From assembly GCF_964204865.1 (NCBI RefSeq), contig NC_135252.1, positions 2,790,001 to 2,854,000 of the forward strand: a DNA stretch of 64,000 bases, read 5' to 3'. Below, one piece after another: positions 35,039 to 47,600 of this stretch. Position 1 is the first letter of the stretch, and the number at the start of each line of letters is the position of its first letter. This DNA is from Styela clava (taxonomy: Eukaryota). A model generated the notes under the pieces. The model saw nothing but the letters and a program-made list of their open reading frames with translations. It did not search any database and was not told the DNA's origin. The position numbers and the translations under genes were made by a program.

Positions 35039-37823
35039 ATGGGAGAAGTATGGGAACGGCGCCTTCGAGAACGGGGTTACAAAATCATGAGTACCCTAGG
35101 AGAAGGAGCGTATTCGAAAGTGAAACTTGCTTATTCAACTCGATTGGGCAATGATGTCGCCATCAAGTGCATAAATAAACAAGTGGCTCCCAAAGACTTT
35201 GTAGAAAAGTTTCTGCCCCGTGAATTACAAGCACTTCCACATTTACGACATGAAAATATCGTCAAAATATACGAGATTCTAGAAGCGAGCGATGGCTTCG
35301 TGTATATAGTCATGGAAGCTGCACGCAACGGTGATATGTTACGGTATGTTCAGCGCCGGGGAGCACTACCGGAAGAGGAAATCAAAAAATATTTCTGGCA
35401 ACTGGTACAAGCGATTAAATACTGCCACTCCATGAATATATGCCACAGGTTTGTAAACAATGTGAAAGGACTTTGTTTATTCATTTCATTTGATTCGCAT
35501 TGACTAGTTACAATTTATCTTTGCATGAAGAGATTTAAAATGCGAAAATTTGCTGCTGGATAAAGAAAACAAACTCTTGCTGACTGATTTTGGATTCTCA
35601 AAGTCAATGATATTCAACGCTGGTAATGTAGTTCTCAGCTCTACATTCTGTGGATCGGCAGCCTACGCTGCACCAGAGATTATCCGAGGTATTTAGGATA
35701 TCGAATGAATATGTGAATATAAACTTCATTATTAATTTGTGTATTCAAAAACGCCGAATATAACATCAGGCTCCGACGAATTTATCGTAAAGCATATTTA
35801 TCTCAAGCTTTGCATTTATATTGACTTAACTAGTGTTGGAACTATATTAGAAGTTGTTAGTTTCTCATTTTCAATAAATACATATATAGGACATCCATAT
35901 GATCCACGAATGCATGATATTTGGAGTATGGGAGTTATACTTTACATCATGGCATGTGGTCATATGCCTTTTGATGACTCAAATGTAAGGAAAATGTTGA
36001 AAGTTCAGTTAAAAAATCAAATAAGATTTCCACCGCGAGTTGCTGACATTTTGTCAGATGAGTTGAAGGTAAGAAAACAACTAATAATATATATATATAT
36101 ACTATGTTGACATACATACTATCTAAGTATCTTGTAGGGCTAGGCTATATTGTAATTTGTGTCCGATTGTCCAAACAAATTATGTGAGAGAGTTATGATT
36201 GAATTTCATTTGGTATTCTTGACTGCAATTATATATACAAAGCCGCCGCGCGAAAATTTGTCCTGAATATATCAACATACGCAAAATGGCGCCAAGTTCA
36301 TAGTCTCGTTGTTTCTAATATCTCAGAACTTTTCAGTGATGCTTAGAATCTCAAATTTTTCTACCGCATATCACCTAAATATGATCTTTTCCCAGCTCAT
36401 TTCAATCTCATAATGTTTTTTTTCGTTAAACACTAGGTTGAAATATTGAGTTGTGATATTATATATATATATATATATATGTGCAATACGAGATTAGGAA
36501 TTTTTTGTTTGTATATTCACGAATCCCAATATTTATTACATATAACTTACATATAAATTTAAATTACATTCTAGCATCTCATTAAAAGAATGATTCAGCC
36601 GGATATAACAAAAAGAGCAAACATGGACGATGTTCTTGCTCATCCGTTTTTTGGTCCATTGAACGGATCCAGGTTATATTTTTTATTATTTTTGGACACG
36701 TAGTGGACATAACGATCGTTTCAATATTATGTTGTTCTTGTTGTTTGACAAAGAATAACACACCTAGTGGAAATATTAAAAAAACGCTTTTCTTTTCGAA
36801 TACTGGACCAATTGCTTTGAAATTTTCAGTGGTTGAAGATAAAATTTTTCCCCAGAAAGCTATTACTTTTATTCATTTTAAATATTTCTGTTAGCTCTGT
36901 GAGATTTGTTTTTGTTTGCTATGACGTCATTAAACGTTCTGCGGCTATCGGACGCCATTTTGTGTCCTACTGTACTGCTTCGCTTGGTGTGAATATATTT
37001 GTAGACTGTGATCTGACGGTACGGTAAACCGTACAGTACTGCGAACAGACGTGTCCATATGTTTGGGCGTAGCTCTCTTGTTCCTCTATTGATTGTTTAC
37101 AAGCAACTAATCTTGACCAATGTGTGCCTTCCAGCACTGGCGGGCTGGCAGTAGCACGGTTCAATGTTTTAATGTGCCGCTAAGCAGGAAAAGAAATATT
37201 TAACATATATATCTATATATATATATTAAATATTGTGCAGTGCCCCGTAAAAATATTACGAATTGTCAAAGTTCATAATTGAAACTGTTTACCAAAATCA
37301 GAATTCGTTAGAAATGCTAACGTAGCCGTCATACTTACTGATTCCACTTGTAATTGTAACTTGCAACTCAATTGTAATACCACGTTCGAGATAAGTTTGT
37401 CAGAGGGCGCCAGAGAGTTGACAGATCTTCTCGGCTTCTGAGCTTATGAGTGCATACTCCACATCTCGTTTTCTCCTGGTTAACTATTTCAAAGTATTTT
37501 TGTTTTTCCGACTATTCGATAAATCTAGCTATTTCGCAACCTTTTTCAGGCCAACAACAAGTAGCAACGTTGCTCAGCATATCTACGACTTCTTCGCTGG
37601 CCGTCCTACGACTTCATACGCCACTACCAGACCACACGGCATTCGGGCAGAATGCGGTTGCGACAAAGGTCGTCGTCCATCAACCGGATCGAAGATATCC
37701 GAAAAACGCTGCTGCAAGAATACACATGGACACGGAACTGGCCCATCAAGTCCAAAACAACACAATCGTACTTATTCCCCAACAAAGGAAAGGCACAAAC
37801 GACATAAGAAAAATGATGAATGA
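35039..37823 (+). CDS. TSSK: Testis-specific serine/threonine kinase (TSSK family, CAMK group), exons 35039-35448, 35531-35688, 35890-36068, 36575-36672, 37550-37823
   Basis: [27 protein letters not shown], the TSSK-typical [30 protein letters not shown] and MPFDDSN. All junctions are GT-AG and phase-consistent. Confidence 0.93.
36690..37082. mobile_element. HINE/DINE-1-like element, family 1 copy B, in TSSK intron 4
   Basis: Homologous to 14975-15322 with the same subterminal IR and hairpin; the minus strand begins AACAAGAGAGCTACG. Confidence 0.7.
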
Positions 37824-38692
37824 AGATACCTTTTTTTAATTTTATAATGCATCACCATATCGTACGCTTTTTTTGTATATTATATTATATCAGTTTTTAA
37901 ATGAGATTACTTGTATAAACGTACTGAGGGGCCACACAATGTCGCTACGCGAAATGAAGTAACTTTTCCGGCCCACATTTACAATTATTTAACAAGTAAC
38001 ACTATTTACAATGTTTACCTTGGTAGAAATGACAATACAAGCATGAATTTTACCCACACAAATGTGTTTGCAGCTAACACAGAACAGAACAACGCATGGG
38101 AGATAATAACAAGGACAAATTATTATGCTCTACAATCCATATAACAGGTATCTCACGTAAAACAGTTGGTAATTCCAAATACCGTGAAAATTTAATCTAT
38201 ACTTCCTCCAATGAAAGCGCAGCTTAACATATATTGTGTGCTTTAAATTTGAAACCAAAAATTCAAGTACACTAGATGTTTGTTATCAAAATTAGAACAG
38301 AATCAAGATGTCATATCGAAAATTTCGTCAAACATAACAACAATTAAAGTTTCTTTTATTATGTGTTATATCTTCGTCACCGTGGGAAAGATTCTCACCC
38401 CCAGACGACCCGACGCAAGTAATTGTTTGTCTCGCGTAATTTGTTTGTCTTATTCTAATTATGCATATTCCTAATTTTATCGCTTGGTTAAATTCCGATC
38501 TTTTAACTAATGACCTCGGATCGCGTTATGCAATTTAGTTCATTAATTGAGTTTTATGATCACCCCCTGAGGATGACAGACTATTTAACCTAAGAAATAT
38601 CGTAGAAAGCCCATATTGCTTGAAATTAAATGCGTGGTAGATTGCAAAATTTGCTGACTCTAATTTTGTGTGTTGGAAGGTGATTCTGCAAG

Positions 38693-41600
38693 ATGCAAAG
38701 AGTTTTGTTAGCTGTCGTATTGCTGATATATTTTCAGCAGACGAGGTGAGATGATATTTGTTTCTAATTCATCTTTTACTCGTACGGCGAACCACCATTT
38801 CTAGAGTTGTCATCTTTAAAATGATGAAAAATTTAGTATAATATGGACAGTTTTGAACCATTTCTAAATTCAAAACTTCATTTACGCAACAATTTTTGCA
38901 GAAGTTTTTTTCGGGCCAATAGCCTCTTGTACGCATTATATACAGTTCTAATAAAATCAGAGCCAGATTCATAACTGTTTGTTAAATGAACGCTGCGATG
39001 ATCTGTCTTTTATTTGATAAATATTATATTCAATATTACGAAGCAATCTACTTAAGCAATCAAAGCATCTTCAATATTACGAAGCAATCTACTTAAGCAA
39101 TCAAAGCATCTAGTTAATATATATTTTTCAAATTCGTTTAAAACGAATATTCAAAAACCAAATGTCTAATTTTGTTTATAAATTAACCGTATATCTGTCG
39201 TGCCTTGTGCCTTTGTGAAATAATTTGCTTGGCAGTTTAGACAACGCTTAGACTTGGCTGAAATGTTTTTTGTAACTCAGGCTAGCCTCTGTTCTGACAA
39301 ACAGTTTAGGTGTTAGGCAGTCATGCGGAAGGCCTTGAGCAACAAGTAGTTACCCCGCCATAATACATAGGCGATACATTTTTATGTATTATTATTCTTA
39401 TTAATATTATTTGACACATTATTATTCTCCAAAATTAGAATATGGGAATACAGTGGAAGAAGAGCTGCCACTGTGGCGTTTTAGTGATTAGTGACAGGAG
39501 CTAGTCATTTATTATGCAAAAAATATTTCTTGAAGACATAATATCATTACGCAAAATTTCATTATACAACACGTCATTTTTCTCCAGCTCACGATGGTGC
39601 TCAAGGAATGTTACGAAACAAATTCAAACCATGATCGGAAAAAGAGAAGAAAACTCAGTTCCCTGTTTGGATTTGTACAAATATGTTCACGATAAATGGA
39701 AATATGATGAACAGAAAATGAAGGTGAAGTATTTTTAAATTCAAATCTGTATATTATGTTGAATAAATTTGAATTGTATTGTGAGAATATGTCTTATGAA
39801 CTGCATTGTTATCATTTATGAATAAAATACATTTTTAAAATATTAAAAATTTGATACTTTTTAAGTTTCCACTACATGTTCAAAATAGTCGAGAATATAT
39901 TGCATCATGTCGCGATGTAACCATTTTTCGTCCATTGACGCACTTCACTAACTTGAATTTAAATTTTCATTTTTTTACTCAGAACGTGTATGGAGGTTCG
40001 GATGGAGTGGCTTCGTATTTCTATACCAATACCAGCGAAGCACATTGTTTCATTTATAAAACTCCCATCAAGATCGTTAAAAATGTAACAGAACGTCATA
40101 TTGAATGTTGTACCGGATGGACAGGACCGTCCTGTGAACACAGTTAGTTTTACTATTTTTCATTGATTTTTATTTATTGAGTATTTTCATAGTTTTATTA
40201 ATTCACTCTACTCAACTTCATTTACTTCTATTATTTATGTTTCTCGTGTATAACAATATACAAGTTTTTTGAGGTTTACTAGTCAGCCTTACGCAACAAA
40301 ACGTACGTTGAAATAAAGTATTTAAAACCAAGTAAATTTTGCCGGTAAGGCTTATATTTTCTCTAAAATTGTAAGCTTGGTTTTACAGGACATATGGGCA
40401 TTGGGATTTGCTATGAGGATATAAACTGCCAAATAATATCCCAAAGGACTCTTTCAGTTGAACAAAAGTTTGTAACTGTAGGGGATTGCTGCACAATTAT
40501 TGGTGGAAAAAGTTGGAGAACAGTTCCAGAAATTTCCAACGTTTCTGTCTGTCATACATGTAATGATGTACAACTTGTTGATATGACATCCGTCGACGTC
40601 GACGAAAGTCAAAATATAAAAGGTATTTTATGGAATAAATTTAGTAAATTTTATTTGCGAATAAATATTGCATTTTTAGAGCATGACATAAATTTCACCT
40701 TTTTTTATAAAAGGGCAAATATGTTTCCATTAAAATAATTCATCGATTCCCATGCTTATTACTTATCGATCTATCGGTATGTATGTTGATAGATATTTGT
40801 CTGTCTGTCTGTCTGTCTTTCTGTTTGTTTGTCTGTTAGATGAACGCGATATCTCAAATCTGCTTCAAATTTTGCATGTGCATTCATCATATCTCGGACT
40901 AGAAGCCTATGAATTTTGGATGAATTATGTTGTATAATTAGCGAGTTATTAATTAATTAGTGATGGGACACGCGGTGTCACCATAGAGTCACGAATCGAA
41001 ACCGCAGTTTCGATCGATAAGTCTTGCAATGTGATTTGATGAAAAAACCTGAAACAAATAATTGATACAGATTATCTAATTTTGTTTGCAAATATTACGA
41101 CAGCTTCATGTGGAGTATTTGGAGGGAGGCATTTGGGTTTATTCAGTGGGAAGGTGTTACAAATTCCGACCAATTGTGCATATCAGATTGCAGTATCAGA
41201 AGATGGAAGTTGGTAAGATTTATCACAACCAATATATTTTAATTTGAAAAAGATCGATATGATTAAAAATAGAAAGTACCAGAAAGTTGGAAAGCATGAG
41301 AATATAAATATATCAAAGAACTATAGTAATCCAAGATATCTCTGGTTCACTAGCTTTGTCAGAAACTTTTGATTGTTCCAGAAAAACAGTCTCTTTTAGT
41401 TGTATACCTAATATTCTAACTTTTCATCTTTTGATTCACCAGATCCCTTGTAGCAAAATAATTTGTTTTGAAAAGCGCGAGCGATTTAAATTAGGAAAAC
41501 GTTTACCTACGCACATTTTTTTGTTTTGACTATTGGCCTTTCTAAACAATCACCGATGGTGTTCCCTTAACTATGACAATTGATAGCCTAGGCCCTAGGA

Positions 41601-44600
41601 AATTAATCTTAGAACTGGCACACTAATAGTAGTAGTTTGGTCTGTATTTCTTACTGTAATTTTTTAGTATTTTATCATGGAAAAATGAAGCCTGATGACT
41701 CAAGGTTTGAATATCTAATTACACATGAATGAATTTTTTTTTGTTTTTTTAATTTTTAAAGGTCGCTCGAAGTCCAAAGTCATGACTGTGATTTATCATC
41801 CATAAACTGTTCTTTGGCGTTCCGGATGACCATTGAACATGAGGTCATCGTTGCATATCGTGACGTAATATTCAATCGAGTCATCATCGAGATCAATGAA
41901 AAAACCTTGAACTTGAATGCACCCATTGTTCATAATGGTGGGTACCGCTTCCATGCATCAGTTTTTTCTGTGAGGTGTTTCTGTATTTAATGTTTTATTA
42001 AATTTTTCTACCTTTGATTATTCTTTTTTATTCGGTTTAATTTTCTGATAAAGTGTATTGAATGATGATGATATTGTGTCTCTTAAATTTTAACATGTCT
42101 TTTGCCAGGTGTCATTATTAAACGGATCGGTCAGAGTATTCTTTTTGAAAGTTCGTTGGGTTTTTCTGTCAGATGGGATGCAAAGAACTCACTTTTTATT
42201 TACTTGGATATACCTGATAAAAATACTCCGGATACAACGGGCTTATGCGGATCGTGGAAATTTGCCGAACCATTAGGTCGTGACACTAGAAACCATTTTC
42301 ACAGCTCAACATTGATGGAATGGAGAAGTAGTGGTGAGGAAAATAAGTCTGCTAATATATATAGTAGATTAATCGTTTACAGATTCTACAGAAAAACACC
42401 ATGATAAAACTTCACCTCATAGATGAATATTTTTAGGCATTCGTAACGTGGATGAGATGAAAAATTTACGATGTACTTCGATTGCTTCCGGTAATTGCGA
42501 TGCAGATCCTCTTCTTATGGAAAATGCGCAAAGGAGATGCGACATTTCCAGGAACGGTCCATTCGCAGATTGTATTGGCAAATCGGACCCCACTGAGTAT
42601 ATACAGGTATTTTAGAAGTTAGGTAATACGTAACCTCGCCATTGATTGAGACCCGTTTGATTTATCCTGATAACTTTCTTATTTCGAAATTAAAAAATCA
42701 AAAAAGAATTGGATTTTGTGATATACATATATGTAAATATGCGGAGACTATATAAGCAAGGTTTTATTTTTGTTGTTAAGTTGTTACCGCTTATTGCATT
42801 TCAAAGGCTTGCACCTCATCAGTTTGCCTCGTTCAACATACAGAGTTAGACAATGAAATGAAAAAACAAATTACATGTTCCTCAATGTCCGCTTACGCAC
42901 TTAAGTGTCATTTCACTGGGATCAATGTTGGACAATGGATGAAAGAATACAATTGTGAGGACAGTTGCCCTGATGGTAATTTCATCTATGTTTTTGTTCA
43001 CTTATCGGTCTATTTTCTATAGGGCAATTGTTTATTTCTACATAACCATTTACTTTTTCTAAATTATTCAATGTCCACCCTTTCACCCCACGTATTAACC
43101 ACGTTGGACATACGGCTGTTTTAAATTGAACATAATCTGTCTTAGTTTGGGATATATATGATAGATTATACGGAATGTGTCAGTTCCTTTATTCGATGAA
43201 ATAAAACCAAAAAAATCTTCTACGAGTAGTTTGAAATTGGATTAGAGAAATCTATAAATTCAGTCTGATATATATACTGAAAATCTTAGAAAATCATGTT
43301 TTTTTATTTTTTTTATCAGTTAATTTATATAATTTATTGTGCACTCAAGTAATACGGAATATGGCAGTTCAAATATAGTGTTACTATTTCTGATGCGTTT
43401 CATTACCAATTTTGTTTATATCAATATTCAGGGATGATTTACAAGCAATGTGTCTCTGCGTGTCCGTTGACTTGTGAAAATTTTAGTGACAAACAGAAAA
43501 AATCTCAATGTACTGACTCGGCATGTTTTCCTGGCTGCGAGGTTTGCATTTTACTTTAATTAATAATAATTTTAAGTGTGATGTTAAACGCTCAATATCA
43601 TTTTATTTATGCTATAATGGCTGCAATTTTAACGAGTCTTGAAATCGTGATTTTAGATCTGCAAAACAATAAATGCTTTTTATAGCAGTTATAACAAAAA
43701 TACTGCAATAATGAAGTTCGTCTTTAACAGTTTCGAATTCTGGAAATGGTGGTAAACTATTGTATATATATAGAATTCTGTGGAATAAAGTGACTCCCCT
43801 TTGCAAACAAATAATTTGGTAATTTTCGAAGCCCAGTCGTATAAAGGTCGATTTCAACTCAAAATTTGCGAGTAGATAATTCACTTATATAAATTTCTAA
43901 ATCAGTACTGAAACCAACACATGTTTACAGTGCGAAAATGGAAGAGTTTTGCGAATTCTTTCAAACGGTGAAACAGAATGTGTAGATCCGAATACTTGTC
44001 CCTGCAAACACAGGGGTAAAGAATATCAAATCGGACAATCTTTCACCAAACAATGTAACCTCTGTAAATGTGAATCAAGAGGAAGATGGAATTGTTCTGA
44101 AGATCGTTGTGAGGGGACTTGTAACATCATAAGCGCTAGTCACGTAGTTACATTCGACGGAACAAGGTAAAAGAATTGAGCATTTTTGTAATATCGTTAA
44201 CTGTATAAAAACCATGACCCTATTTGATGTTTTACTATCATGATATATCTAAAATGACACCGTATTGGCTAAGAATTATCCATCATTATGCTGCATGTGG
44301 TATGAATATTTGACAATAATTGTGGGTAGTTTTGTGATGGCATGACTGGTTATATGTGGCAATCTGTAATGCATTTTGTATATCACCGTCAACTATCATA
44401 CGAATCTCAATAACAAGTAGTTTTTAACGGTTTGTCCGCTTCGTATCTTTAACATTGGTGTATATTTTATGTTCAGGTTGTCTCTTCTCAGAGGGCCTTG
44501 CAAACGACAGATTTTATTGCGCGATCGTTTTCGACCCGGACAGCTTACTGTTAGCGTCGACATTCTTCCAGCTTCAAATGCGCATCAGAATCTTTTCAGT

Positions 44601-47600
44601 ATATCATCACTGCTTATAGACATGAGGGGCACACAACTTAACATCAAAAATAATTTGCAAATCACAGTAAATGGGACCGAGTCAAGGATGCCGTATAGGT
44701 AGGTATATATATATCATACTAGAGCTATCTTTTTTGTATTGACTGCATCTGGTTATTTATTCAAGACTTGTATGTATTGAAATACGTTTGAATTGTAATG
44801 TAAGTATATATTGTTTTTTGTTGAATCACTGACAAAACAAATAAGTCAATAAGTTCATGATCCTGCTTATTTTGTAGTTAAAACAGGATTGAATATGTTA
44901 CTACATGGATGTTCATTGCAATAAATGTCACAGATATATTTAATATTTTCTCTTCATTTTGTTTGTAGAGATTCCCAATTTTCTGTGCGTATGGCAACAT
45001 CATTGGCCTTGTTGATAAGAACACACGGTGTTAGTATCATTTGGATACCAAGCACAGAGGAATTGGAACTTGTTTTGGATCCAATGTTTTCAAACAAGGT
45101 AAGTTTGTATTGCATATACCGATGACAACCCAGATTGGCAAAGTACGATTGGTGAGATAAGACGCATTTTGTTTTGTTTTTACATTCAGGTTATAGGATT
45201 GTGTGGAACATATAATTGGAATTCCAAAGATGATTTGTTGACACCACAGGGTGACATTGAACCGAATATTGTGGAATTTACAAGATCTTATCAAGAAGAA
45301 GGTATTGTTAATATTTGTTTATTATTTAGCTATTTTGCATATCCGATCAGGGCAGTTATTGACGCATGAAACCATTTGCAGAGACACTTGTGCACTTTGC
45401 ACAGCCTATACTAGCTCTGAAAAATTCACAAAATAGTGGATATTAACCTTCCTTCCTGCGTAGATACATAGAGTAAAGGGATTTAGAGTTTACTAAATTT
45501 ATTACAATTTGGGAATTGTGGTACAATTACAATATTATTCTCCTCTGCTTTAGATGGGTCGCGATGCCTGGAAAGAATGCTTGACAGTTCCGTTTCTACA
45601 TCAACTGGTATTGTCAATATGAAATCATTTATTGATGATAAACTGCCAAATGCATGTACTATTTATGCCCAACGCCGGAATCAAGCTCAGCAGTTGTGTG
45701 CTCTTCTTTCTTCTGAAATATTCGATGTGAGTAAATAAGTATCGCATTGAAAAATTTTCTTTAGTTTTAATATTTCTTACGCGGCTTATGCATATTTAAT
45801 AATTACATTTTGAAAAAAAAATAACAATTTAAATGAAATTATTTCAATTTATTTAATCTTCACAGAATTGCCTGCAATATGTGACCACGTCTCCGTACAT
45901 CGAAATGTGTATGCATGATATATGTACCAGTGATGCAACTATTAACGTCTGTCGTGTCTTCAGTGCTTATGCCCGCGCTTGTGCGAATGCCCGAGAGTCC
46001 AATAACACCACAAATCAACAAATAGATTGGAGGCAGCATGAAGATCTCGTTCAATATTGCAGTAAGTAGATATTGAAAATTTTGTTGCGCCAACATTAGG
46101 GACGAGTAACGAAAGCAACAATAAGCTCCTTTTGTGTCTTTCGTCTCAAATTTAGCATAAGACGCAATAGATTAATAAAAGATCTTCAGAAATATAATAT
46201 TTCGATGAAATATTCTTGTACAATAAAAACTAGATTTTTAGCAATAGCCAGGCTGTATGCATTTTATCATACCTTTTTAATTACGTTCTTCTCTTTATAT
46301 TTCATTTTAGACCCAACTTGTCCGCTGGGAATGGTTTTCAATGAATGTCAGCCACTTTGTTCGTCTTCATGTGACGATGTCCGACATCCCTGTCCAACGT
46401 ATAGCTTTTCGAGAGCATGGAAATTCCAAACATCTGCGTATTCCCAGCCATGTCTACCGGGATGTGTTTGTCCTGATGGAATGTATTCTGAATCACTGCA
46501 ATCCGCTCCGGTAATTTCAGGTGAATAGCGATTGCTTTAAACAAATTTCGCCCTATTATATTATAAATTGTTTTGTTTATACTCGGCAAATAAAATTGTA
46601 TTTATGTTAATAGTTACCGACCTGTCTATACTCGAAGTTGTTTTCTTGTATTGAAACGAGCAATACTGGAAATATCTGATCGCTTAAACTTATTCATACG
46701 CCAAATGTTGTTAGTATATATGTAAGGGCGGTGGAATACGTCAAAGTTGTTTCTTCGAATAAGGCTATTCTTTATTATGCTTGTGGCTAAGTTCAGTCCT
46801 AAATTTTCTTGTTGTCAAAACCTGCAACGCATACATGACATTTTGGGATGTTTACGAATATTTGTTGGCAACACAACATATTTTCATCTTTGATCAGCAA
46901 CTGCATAATATTTTTTTATGAATGTTTGTTTGTTATATTATTTGAAATATGTGGTTAGCTTTATCCAGTGGTGGGATTCAAATTTTTCGTCAGCCGGTTC
47001 CCTCACAAAAGTTATATTTTTCAGCCGGTTCCGTTACAAACAGAACATTGTTAGTAACCAGTAATGCGGGTAACCAGTAACGGGTTCGCTGATCTCATAA
47101 AATTCCGTGATATGGTTCTATAGAACTGAACCAGCTGAATCCCACCACTGGCTTTATCTGATGACAAGTATAATATATATTAATTTGGTAGTATTTGAAG
47201 TGTTGAACTTTGATTGTTAAATTTTTTTGACATGTAATTGACAATTCATTTTAGGAGAACAAGTTTTGGGCTTTAAGTTTCAAAACTGCGTAAAAAAGTC
47301 ACAATGTTCATGCAGTGACGGAGGGTTGGTATATACAATTGGAAAACGTTTAAAAAGTGGATGCTCGGAATGGTTTGTGATTTTATTTGAAATCCATTAC
47401 ATCTCTATTGATTTGCATGAACAAGAAGGCATATATATTCAAGCATGAAGATGCAGGGTTCAAAATGACCATCGACGTTTCATAGTCAAATTATAGCCTA
47501 CGGAGTTTTTCGGATTCTGGCTTGTAGCTTACTAGAATATAATTTTTTCTAATCGCATAGACTATAGAGTACGGCATTACATTGGTCTGTCAAATATCAG

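Noticed and set aside
32929-38693. PHF21-TSSK-SSPO as a trans-spliced operon
   Set aside because: Co-orientation only. The gaps are 0.9-2 kb with room for separate promoters, and there is no direct evidence of polycistronic transcription.
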